From the NCBI GenBank assembly GCA_051294375.1, contig CM119270.1:5784771-5848770 (forward strand): DNA of 64,000 nucleotides, read 5' to 3'. Within the stretch, counting starts at the first letter, position 1. Each line of letters starts with the position of its first letter. Below the pieces are notes generated by a model, which saw nothing but the letters and a program-made list of their open reading frames with translations, made no database searches and was not told the origin of the DNA. Position numbers and translations under genes: made by a program. The stretch is from Paraspadella gotoi (taxonomy: Eukaryota; Animalia; Chaetognatha). Shown here one piece after another: positions 52,681-64,000 of this stretch.

Positions 52681-53246
52681 TTCATAAATTGTAATGCCGT
52701 AAATCTTAACAAACAAAAGAAAATCCATTTGGCACAAATTCAATTTCAAAAAGAAGTCGTTTTTTTTCTGCGGGAAAAAAATTTATAACTTTTGGCAACA
52801 AATTTGGGAGTTTTGTTTGGAGTTTAACTTTTATTTCGCTCTCTCTCTTCCTCTCTCTCTCTCTCTGCTCTCTTTCTTCTCTCTCTTTTTCTCTTTCTCT
52901 CTCTCTCTCCTCTCTCTCTCTCTTCTCTTTCTCTCTTCCTTCTCTTCTTCTTTCTCTCTCCGCTAAAAAAAACACCTAAAAACAAAAAAACAAAAAAAAA
53001 AAAAAACAAACCAAAAAACCAACAAAAAACAACGAACTCGGGACCATCTAAAAATGCAACAAAAAATTGGAGATATCAACATGGAATGAAATAAAAGTAA
53101 AACTCCAAAACAAAACTCCCAAAATTTGTTGCCAAAAGTTATAAATTTTTTTCCCGCAGAAAAAAAACGACTTCTTTTGAAATTGAATTTGTGTCCAAAT
53201 GGATTTTCTTTTGTTTGTTAAGATTTACGGCATTAAATTTATGAAT

Positions 53247-53301
<55 letters not shown>

Positions 53302-53353
53302 AGAGAGAGAGAGAAGAGAGAGAGAGAGCAAGAGAGAGAGAGCGAGAGAGAAG

Positions 53354-53387
<34 letters not shown>

Positions 53388-55554
53388 ATGTGACAGACAG
53401 ACAAAACAAACAGACAGACAGACTGAGGGAGAAAACAAAAAATAATCCTCTTCGTTCAAATAAAATCTCCATCAGGGAATTCGATGTCAAGACTAAATCC
53501 GATGACGGACTCGTATTTAATCCCGATGAAAAAACACAATAAACGTCTACAACAACGACAACAAACATTAACAACAAACAACAACAAGCCCTGCGCATCC
53601 TAAAAAAAAAAAGCTTCACATTTGAAAGAAAGAAGGAGGAAAAAAAAAGAAACTAACCGACGCGCCTCCATCGAAGAAAAAAAAAAGAAAATGTCGAGAC
53701 GCCCATTGGTCCATCCTGGGAGCTGCCCGACCAATCAGCGACTGTGACGTCTTGCCAATAAGGAGCGAGAATACGTTTGGTCCGAACCGAGGGGGAAATC
53801 GACCAATAAGCGTGTCGAGAAAAAATGAAATAACTCACTCGCTGACGTCGTCGTCCTCACATCCCGGGATCCTTCCTCCCGGGGACGAGAGGAGAAGGGA
53901 GTTCTGGTGCGAAACACAAAGTTTAATCTACAAGTGAAGGTGAAAGGGAGAGAGAGGAAGGGAGGAGAGAGGAAGGGGGAGAGAGGAAGGGCCAGAGAGA
54001 AAGGGGGGAAGGGGTGACGTTGTCAAAGATTGTCAGAGTGAATGGAGGAATATTAAATGAGTGATGACTGCGTGAAAAATGGTCCCGCGGACGGAGAGAC
54101 GATGAAAGGAAATATCGCGTGAAAATGGGTGCCATTGTTATTCTGTGAAAAAGTTGGAGAGGAAATGTGCAAAGAGTGAAGCGTGATGTGCAAGGGAGGC
54201 AACAGAATGAAAAATTAGATTCAAAAACGTCATATGAGTTGTGAAAAATCCTCTGTTGTGACGAAAAGTGGTAAGTCGTAAATCGTTTATTTAAGCTCGA
54301 CTCGATTTAAGCTTTACGTCAATCAAGACGATTATTGTATGGGCAATTATCAGATCCGATTAACAAATCAGAGGGAAAAGGAAAATGTTATCGTTGTCAA
54401 TGTACACAATTGCATTGATTAACGGTAGAATTTAATCCTGCACAAATATATATTAGTCGCTTGTATGTGTATAGTATTAGGAAATATTTTAATCAATGGA
54501 TTTTCTAATAAATAATCAATTTTTTAAAAATTATTATTGCCAAAAGCACGGTTTTTCTGATTTTTAAATCTATAAGTCACTTTTCGCGGTGGTCGGTCGG
54601 TCGCGTCGGTCGGATCGGTCGGTCGGTCACGGTCGGTCGGTCGGTCGGTCGGTTCGGATCGGTCGTCGGTCGGTCGGATCGGTCGGTGTCGGTCTGTCGG
54701 TCGGCTGGTCGTCGGTCGGCTCGGTCGGTCGGCGGTCGGTCGGTCGGATCGGGTTCGTTCGGTCGGTCGGTCGGTCGGTCGGTCGGTCGGCGGGTCGGTC
54801 GTCCGTGTCGGTCGGCCAGTCGTCGGATCGGTCGGTCGGTCGTCGGTCCACTAACGTTAAAAAATGCTTATAACTTGCCTATAGTTTGTAGCTCATTTAG
54901 TTAAAAATCACATCTAAGCAACTAGTTGGCGCCGCCTTTTTGTTTTTAAAGAAATCTTTATAAATAAAAAAGAAAAGTAATGCGCGGCAACTCCTTGGAA
55001 ATAACCGTATCCTTGTTGTTAGTGAATGTGTTTTTCAAAGTTCGGAAATGTTCCCTTTAGAGTCCTCAAAAAGTAAACTTTACATATTAAAGCACATTCT
55101 TCCAATCTCTCTCCTTNNNNNNNNNNNNNNNNNNNNNNNNNAGAGAGAGAGAGAGAGAGAAAGATAGGGGGGCACAATTCCCAGAATGCTAATAAATCAT
55201 ACTCATAAAAAATTAGTGCAGAAAAGAGGATTCCTAATATTTTGAATTAGCTTCTTCAATGTTGTCTTCTAATATTTTTTAACTACTAGTGTATTGTTAA
55301 AAGAATTTTTTTAAAGATTTTAAATTGTTCCGAGTCGAGAGTCGACAACGGAAAAATGAAAAGAACAAAAAAAAATGTTTTGTCGTCGATTTTGTCAAAG
55401 AAAAAAAAAAAGACGAATGACGAACGTGGATTCGGTAAACAACCAATTTTCGTTTCCATCTGAGAAGCAAACGAAATGACGGACAGACAAAGGGAGTATA
55501 AGAAATAAAGACTGACCCAGCGGAAAAAGTTCGTCGTATGAAAAAAATTTATGA

Positions 55555-56375
55555 AGACAAAATAAAGAAAAGAAAGGTTGGAAAGGAAAAAAAAAGAAAA
55601 AAAAAGGGGAAAAGAAAAGAAAAACAGAAAAAAGGGAAAAAAATGGAAAAAAAAAAGAAAAATGGAAAAAGAAGGGAAAAAGGAAAGAAAAACAGAAAAA
55701 ATGGAAAGGAAAACAGAAAAAAGGAAAAAAAGAGAGAAAAATAAAAAAATATATGAAAAAGGGGAAAAATAAAAAAAAAACATAAAAAAGAAAAAAGGGG
55801 AAAAAAATAAGAAAAATGGAAAAAACGGGAAAAAAACATAAAAAGGGAAAAAATTGAAAAAAGGAAAGAAAATAAGAAAAGGAAAAAATGGGGAAAAAAA
55901 CAGAAAAAGGTAAAAAAGGGAAAAAAAAGGGAAAAAATAAGAAAAAGGGAAAAAATGGAAAAAAAATTGCAAGTAAAAACGATAAAAAGGAAAAAAGGAA
56001 AAAAAAGGAAATAAAATAAGAAAAATGGAAAAAAATGGAAAAAAAGAAAAGAAAAACAGAAAAAGTAACTCAGAGAAAAAGAATTGAAAGGAAAACGGAT
56101 CTGAGATGGACGAGCTGAAGTTTGGGTCAGGGAGGATTAGATGAAAAGCGGAGGAAAGGAAAACGAGAAAATTAAGAAAAAAAAGAAAATAAAGGAAATG
56201 GGAAGAGAAGGAAAAGAAAAGAAAGAAAAGGAAAGGAAAGGAAAGGAAAGGAAAGGAAAGGAAAGGAAAGGAAAGAAAATGAAAGGAAAGGAAAGGAAAG
56301 GAAAGGAAAGGAAAGAAGAGGAAAGGAAAGGAAAGGAAAGGAAAAGAAAGGAAAGGAAAGGAAAGGAAAGGAGAG
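55555..56375. repeat. Purine-rich low-complexity region ending in (GGAAA)n
   Basis: A/G-rich tract 55555-56080 and pentamer run 56225-56372. Confidence 0.9.
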
Positions 56376-57890
56376 AAGAGGTAAGGAATTTAAAGGGGAA
56401 TGTTGCAAAGACAGAGAGCAAGGAAAGGAGCAAGAAAGCAAAAAAGTAAAGATATATAAGAGGAAAAAAATTTTAAGTTTCTCACTAATGATTTTCTAAC
56501 AGGAATGATTTATGATATTAGAAAACAAACCTTGTAATATAGATGCTCCCACTAACATCGCCTTCCCAATAATAAATAAATAAAATTAGATATAAATAAT
56601 TCAACATGGAATTTTCATAAAAATATGAGACACGCCGTTATGTATAAGATATATAAACTAAGACAAGCATTTCACAAGTTAATTTTAAAGTTTATTAGCA
56701 GAGTTTTTTTTTTTTTTAAAGCCTCTTGAGTGCATCATCGGAATATAAAATTTGGTTAACGCGCTGATCCGTTTGGAGTTGGTTGCGCAATGAGCAGAAT
56801 TGGGTGGAGTTTTATCTTTTAAGTCTCGAGTCCCACGCAAAGTCTCTTATGATAAATGATTCTATAATTTAACTAAATGCGTTTTAAACGCCCGTGTCGA
56901 TTTAACTTTTCTATTGTTCCGTTTTCAACGAGAAAAAATGAGCGAATTATGAAAACAAAACCGATGAGCTCGAATTCGATGGAAGAAAAGGCGATAATGG
57001 TTCAGCTCAAGCGAACAGTTTTGTTTTTTTGTTGTTTTTTGTTGTTTTTTGTTTCAGTTTTGTTTTTTGTTGTTTTTTTTTGGCTTGTTTTCTTTTTTGA
57101 TGAGATTTTTATTACGTTTGGCAACAACATAAACTACGAAAGAGCGAAAAACGCCAACGACGAAGATGACGACGACGAAGACGACGACGAAGAGAATTTC
57201 AAAAAAACAAGAATAACAACATCAACGACCATCGAGGACAACAGCAACAACAACAGCCAACACATCGCAATCGAATCAGATGGGGAAAAATTCGATTTTC
57301 GTCTGGCGGCGATGAAGCTTAAGCGGAAACGACGACGACGACCACGATGAAGAAGAAGAAGAGGAAGAAGAAGACGACGACGACGACGACGACGATGAAG
57401 AAGAAGAAGAAGACGACGACGATGATGAAGAAGAAGAAGAAGAAGACGACGACGATGATGACGACGACAACGACGTCGAAGACGACGACGATAACGATAA
57501 CGCTCGAACCACCAAACGTGATAATTAGGGTAATGAGGAAATTTATTCTCTGATGCCAATAAAGATCGCGTTTGGAACATGATTAGAAAATGGAGCAAAA
57601 GTTTAGGAGATACAGTCGTTGGAAACAAACGGAGCCGAGAGTCTTGACTAAAATTTGGAATCTTACTTTTTATTTTTTTTTAAGTATTTTTTATTTTATT
57701 TTTTTGGGTCAAATTGGAAAAAATCTCCGCCAAAAAAAAATGTAAATAGAAAAGAAGATTTTATTTTGGTTGTAGTTTCAATTGTTCTTGAGGATTAGGT
57801 CATCGACGGAGACAACAAAAGAACAACACATGAAAAATATATGATAAATTAATAAAAAAAAAGGAATCGAGGGTTAAACTCATATATTTA

Positions 57891-58162
57891 ATAATACTTA
57901 AGAGAGTGGTATTTTCATACAATTAAAACATTCTTTGAAATTTTATTCCGCTTCATTGATAAAAAAAAAAAGGGCAGGTACTCTGGGAGTGAATAAACGA
58001 GACTGTGAGAGAGTCTTGATTGAAAGCTTGCAGGGACCTGTTATGTCAATATTGTAAGAGTGATGGAGCCCTAAAACACCAAAGCCTGTCCAAAGTCAGG
58101 GGCAAGATAGCTTTGTTATTAAATGAATGGATAATTTTTGTATTGTTTGTCCAAATTTCATA
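57891..58162. repeat. Second copy of the 4.3-4.6 kb dispersed repeat
   Basis: GGTACTCTGGGAGT...GACTGTGAGAGAGTCTTGATTGAAAGCTTGCAGGGACCTG... shared in the same orientation. Confidence 0.85.
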
Positions 58163-58685
58163 TAAAAAATCGGCTAAAGTGACTAATGACAACAACAACA
58201 ACGATAACAAAAAACAACGACGAGGAAAACTTTCACGGAAGATGATGTTGACGTCAAGAACTTTTTTCAAACTGTGAAGATAGTGACGATAAAACGGTGA
58301 GGTCAATGTGAAGGATGAGAAGCCGACGACGAACGACGAACGACGAACGACGAACGACGAACGACGAACGACGAACGACGACGACGACGACGACGACGAC
58401 GACATCTTTACGATGTGTAGGAGGAAAGTTGCGTCAAATAGAATCGACGCCTTTCGTGAATATGAGGACAAGACAAGAAGCGGAGGAGGAGGAGGAGGAG
58501 GAGGATGGAGGAAGAGGATGGAGGGAGGAGGAGGAAGAGGAAAAGAAGAAAGCGCGTTGAAAGAAAGAAAAAAAATGTACGTTTGTTGAACAAGGGAGAA
58601 AATGTGCGAGGGGAAAGAAAGAAGAAATGATGGAGAGCAGAGAGAAAGAAAGGCGGAGAGAGAGAGCGAGAGAGAGAGGGAGGAG

Positions 58686-58735
<50 letters not shown>

Positions 58736-59120
58736 AGAAGAGAGAGAGAGGAAGTGAGAGAGAGAGAGAAAAGCTAGAGAAAGGTTTTGGAAAGAAGGAT
58801 GAGAAGAAAAGAAAGAAATGAAAGAATAATGGAAAGATAAAAATTAATAAAAACATTCTAGGTTTTTAAAAATCAATATTGTTTTAAACTTAAATTTAAT
58901 TTCATATAAAAATATTTTAAAAGAGTAAAAATGTATGCTTTAAAATCATGAGAACTTTTTTACAATGTTAATTGACCGCAAAAAAAAAAGAGGAAATAAT
59001 TAATGAATGAATGAGTGACAAAATTTGGAAATTAACTCAAGTCGACGGCGAACAGTGGAAACGGATTTCTGACTTGAGACGAGGATGAAATGCTTGATTA
59101 AGCGGGCAAGAGAGGAGAGA

Positions 59121-59204
<84 letters not shown>

Positions 59205-61910
59205 AGTAAAATAAAATGAATATATGAACTTTTTTTTCGCACGATTTCCACTCTAGAGAATATTAAAAAAGGGAAAACTAATATAAAAAAAAATATTAAA
59301 TTTTAATTATATGTTTAATACCTTGTATAGTTTCCATTTTTTGTCCGAAAAGATAAGCAAACAAACTTTTGAGTCCCCTCGACGGAAATCCAGTTGAGGA
59401 ACTGTAAACAAAGCCTGAGAGAGAGAGAGACGAGCAGCACGAAGAGAGTAGAGCAGAGAGAGCAGAGAGACGACGAGCAGACGACGAGAGCAGCACCACG
59501 AGAGCACCGCCAGAGCAGCCACCGAGAGAGATCGCACGAGATCTTCGCCCAGTTTGCGGACCGCCGCCGTGCCGCCGGATGCTGAAAGACCAAGGAGGGA
59601 AGTTAGTTGGAAGAAAGGGAGTGGAGGAAGATTTTTGAAAAAAAGAAAAGGAGGAAAGTAAATAGAAAAAGGAGAAAGATGATTGAGAAAAATAAGAAAA
59701 GAAAATGTGGGACAATTTAATAAGTGGGAAGTTGAAAAAAGGCGGAGGAAATCGAAGGAAGAAAGGATTGTGGGATGACAATGAAAATAGAGAAGGAGAG
59801 GAAAAGAAGAGAGCAAGATAAAAGAGGGAAACATGAAAGAGAAAGACGAAAGGAAAAAATACAAGAGAGGAAAAGGAAAAAATAAAAATAAAAGATTAAT
59901 GGAGAAAAAAGAGAAGTAAAGGAAAGGGAAGGAGAAAGAAGAGTGTAGGAAGAAAAGAATGAGAGAAAGAAAAGAGTCGAAAAGAGAAGTTGAGGAAAAG
60001 AAGAGTGGAGAAAGATAGGAAAAAAAGAGTGAAAAATAGAAAAGAAGAGGAACAGAAAGGAAAGAAATGTTTTGTTTTTGTCAAATCCGGATTTCGATCC
60101 CGAAAAAAAAGTTTCGATGGCAGAGAATTTTAGCCAATATTTCGTTGTTTTGTTTATCTGTTTTTTTGTTTTGTTTAAACATTAATTTACAAAATTAGTA
60201 TTTCTGTGTCACGGAATTCTATTTTCACTCTATTTTCACTCTTTACCCTGGATGGTTTTGTTTGTTGTTTTCGTATTTTTTCTACTCGATTGAAAGATAC
60301 GCATAATATTTCACTATTGTCGATTCGCTTAAAAACTGTTTATGTTTTTATCTGTTATTGAGGTTTTTGCAAAATAAAAATATAACACAGAGAGAGAGAG
60401 AGNNNNNNNNNNNNNNNNNNNNNNNNNNNNNNNNNNNNNNCACGAGACGACGAGAGCGCCGAAGCAGCGACGAGAGACGGACGAGAGCAGAGACGAGCAG
60501 AGAAAAAAAAAAGTTTCAAAGCATATGCGCTTTATTAAACAGCCAACTATATCGGGTGTGAAAGGAAAGAAAATGTTTGAGAATTTTCATACAGTAGGCG
60601 AGANNNNNNNNNNNNNNNNNNNNNNNNNNNNNNNNNNNNNNNNNNNNNNNNNNNNNNNNNNNNNNNNNNNNNNNNNNNNNNNNNNNNNNNNNNNNNNNNN
60701 NNNNNNNNNNNNNNNNNNNNNNNNNNNNNNNNNNNNNNNNNNNNNNNNNNNNNNNNNNNNNNNNNNNNNNNNNNNAGAGTGCCCATTCTTCTTTCCCATT
60801 TTCTGCCCTTTTTTCTTCTTCTCCAAATATTTGGGTCATTTTTTTCCTTTTTCTCTCAAGCCCCTTTACTTTTGCTATTATTCTTTCTTTTTTCCTTAAT
60901 TTCTTTTCCTTCTTTTTCTTTTCTTATTCTGCAACTTTGTTTCTTCCTCCATTTTCCTTTTCTTTTTCCTCTTTTTCCCCTTCACATTTTTCCTTCTTTC
61001 CTCTAATTTCCTTTATTTCCCCTTTTTTTCCTCCATTAATTTCCTTCCGCTGCCAGGCGATTTCCTCACCCGAACCTCTTGAGCCAAAAGTCAAAACTTG
61101 ACCCACAAATAATGAAAACCTTTTAACCTATCGACTTCTCAACCTTTCTCTTTGCATTTGGCCCTTAACTAGGCTTCACTTGGCCTTTACTCTTCCCTAA
61201 TTTCATTTCTTTTATAATGTCTTTTCTATAAGTATTTTATCGCTATTGTATCATTTTTGGGTCAGTTGTAGAGGTATGGCGCCGGAGGTAGCACCGCTAC
61301 ACAGTCTGCTTTTCTTTTTGACTTACAATCAGGTGTTCGTACTCTAAAAAGTGTTGAGAAATGAAAAGAAAATGATGAATGTACAAAAGAGAGAGAGAGA
61401 GAGAGAGNNNNNNNNNNNNNNNNNNNNNNNNNNNNNNNNNNNNNNNNNNNNNNNNNNNNNNNNNNNNNNNNNNNNNNNNNNNNNNNNNNNNNNNNNNNNN
61501 NNNNNNNNNNNNNNNNNNNNNNNNNNNNNNNNNNNNNNNNNNNNNNNNNNNNNNNNNNNNNNNNNNNNNNNNNNNNNNNNNNNNNNNNNNNNNNNNNNNN
61601 NNNNAGGGAAGAGCAAGTCGCTGACAATATTTATCCCATCTATCACTTTTGCATTCATCCTCATTTTCATTTTTTCCACATTTTTGCTTCGCTTCTTTCA
61701 CTTCTCTCTTCTCTCCTCGATCCCATTTTTTTTCTTATTTCTCATCATTCATCTTTTCATTTCTCTCCCTCTCTGTCTATTTTTTTTTCTCTCTCTCCCT
61801 CTCTCTCTCCTCAAAGAAGAACAAAAAAAGGTTCTGTGTGGAGTGATAATAGATTCGAAGCGTGTCGCCATAAGGGAGATTTCGTCACTAGAACTCACTC
61901 ACTCTCACTC

Positions 61911-62000
<90 letters not shown>

Positions 62001-64000
62001 CTCTGTCTCTCGCTCGTTATGGAGTCTGCTTTCAAGGTCGTCCAATGTTCTCATGGTGCGGGGGAGAAGAAGAGGGCTGAAGAANNNNNNNNNNNNNNNN
62101 NNNNNNNNNNNNNNNNNNNNNNNNNNNNNNNNNNNNNNNNNNNNNNNNNNNNNNNNNNNNNNNNNNNNNNNNNNNNNNNNNNNNNNNNNNNNNNNNNNNN
62201 NNNNNNNNNNNNNNNNNNNNNNNNNNNNNNNNNNNNNNNNNNNNNNNNNNNNNNNNNNNNNNNNNNNNNNNNNNNNNNNNNNNNNNNNNNNNNNNNNNNN
62301 NNNNNNNNNNNNNNNNNNNNNNNNNNNNNNNNNNNNNNNNNNNNNNNNNNNNNNNNNNNNNNNNNNNNNNNNNNNNNNNNNNNNNNNNAGTGGGACAAGT
62401 AGCGGGAAACGAGCCGAGAGCAAACAAATGAAAGAGAGAAGGTGAGAAAAGAAAATAAAGGGAGGAAAGGATTTTAAGCGAGGAAACATCAACGACAGAC
62501 ATCGTGAAGAGGAAAGGAGGAAAGAAAAAAGGAAAAGAGAAAAGAGAAGAGAAATAAAGACATATTAAGGAGAGAGATGAAAAAGAAAAAGTTTTAGAAT
62601 ATATAAGTAAAAGGAAAAAGATAAGGAGAGAGAGGGAGGAAGGAAATTAAGAGAAAAACCCAAGAGAAAAGGAAAAAAAGGAAAGAAAGAGAGGGAAATA
62701 AAGGAAAAAAAGGAAAAAAGGAAAAAGGAGAGAAAAGAAAAAGGAAAGAGAAGAGAAAAAGCGCAACTTTGACGGCTCGAGATGCAAATCTCTAATCATC
62801 GATGCAAAATTTATCAAGTCGACCTCTTTGACATAGACTGACAGCGTTTGGCTCTTCATTTGGATTAAAAATCGCTTTTAAATTTAGTGAACGAATAGGA
62901 ATTTCATGTAAAGCGTGCTATTTTTAGCGTACAGTCGCTTGAGCTTAAACTTTACTGCACCGAGTCTCTAACAAGCTTCCTTTGGCCAACAGCGGGACTC
63001 CATTCATAGTCGCCGTAAAAAAAAAAGACAATGATGCCGCAATTATGTTAAATTTATGCGGCAACGCTGCCGCACTCTAGCCGTTGTTAAGCCGGGATAA
63101 TTNNNNNNNNNNNNNNNNNNNNNNNNNNNNNNNNNNNNNNNNNNNNNNNNNNNNNNNNNNNNNNNNNNNNNNNNNNNNNNNNNNNNNNNNNNNGAGGGGG
63201 CCGGGGAGGGGGGGCGGAATGGGGGGTTGAGAGGGACATTAACGAGGCGATAACGGGATGATGAGGGAAAGGAAGGACAATAAGAAACTGGAAGAATAAG
63301 AGTTTAATAATTGAAATATTAGGATGCTAAGTGATGAAAGTACAGCCAGGTCTAAACGCAATGATGATAATTTGTTATCGGACGAGAATAATAATCGCCA
63401 ATAGAAAAGTACGAAAAGGACCTGAAAAAAATACTCATAAACATTGTTAAAAGATGAAAGACACAAATTTAAAAAGTCAAGAGACAAAAAAATGAAAAGA
63501 GAATATTTTTTTTTTCGTTCAATCGGACTTCGCGTCTCAATAGCGACATCACTTTTTTTATACGAGCGGTCATGGAGTTATGTCCAATAAAAAAGAACAA
63601 GAGAGAGAGAGAAGAGAAAGAGAGAGAGCGAGAGAGAGAGAGACGACCGATAGGAACGAGAAGAGAGTGAGAGAGAGTGGAGAGAGAGAGAAAAGGTCAT
63701 GGAGCGAATATAAGGCATTTAGAGACAGAGCGAAGGATTTCTATGACAGATATTTTTTTTTCAACTCCGAAAGAGAAAAAGGAGACAAGGAATTTTTACA
63801 CTTCACTGCGATCGTTTGAAATGGAAAAAGCCAAAACCGCCCGAGGGAGGACGAAGAGAAAAAACTCATAAACAAAAACATAAAACAAAAAAATTTAATA
63901 ATTATAGATATAGGAACTAAAAAACAAAAAATAAACATGAATACAAGAAATCAAGAGTGTAAACAACTCCAACACAAAAACGGAACAAAAAAAATCTAAA

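Larger units (their letters stand above)
50828..55105. repeat. ~2-kb fold-back inverted duplication (arms ~50828-52837 and ~53088-55105)
   Basis: Mirror-image ORFs 51051..51335(-) and 54589..54873(+). The arms differ by small indels and the right arm ends next to a 25-N gap. Confidence 0.95.

Noticed and set aside
50828-55105. Large foldback transposon or TIR element
   Set aside because: There is no transposase or target-site duplication, the arms contain ordinary promoter-like DNA with read-type indels, and the repeat ends at a 25-N gap.

Overview
AT-rich, microsatellite-laden draft animal genome sequence with short spliceosomal introns, many N gaps and homopolymer indels. Two real genes can be read, tail to tail. 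(1) On +, a multi-exon neuropeptide precursor, best copy 33071-36239. It has a signal-like N-terminus and 17 basic-site-flanked paracopies of QLDSLGGG(Y/V)LG-xx, resembling the orcokinin-B/pedal-peptide family. It also has a ~400-aa acidic tail exon and a probable alternative last exon. (2) On -, a TMEM47/VAB-9-like claudin-superfamily gene with exons scattered between 48243 and 39768. The ORF track misses it because of indels and an inversion through exon 4. One of its introns holds an 11-copy 58-bp minisatellite made of the splice acceptor plus the exon start. The apparent triplication of the locus (18.1-28.2 kb, 30.2-39.9 kb, inverted 39.9-45.7 kb) and the 50.8-55.1 kb palindrome look like long-read gap-filling artefacts (25-N gaps, indel-type differences, a split exon). 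Other signals are a Penelope-type minimal hammerhead motif at ~8.9 kb, a densely base-paired ~250-nt island at 12.7-12.95 kb, Helentron/DINE-like relics and several tandem repeats. Most listed ORFs are microsatellite noise.
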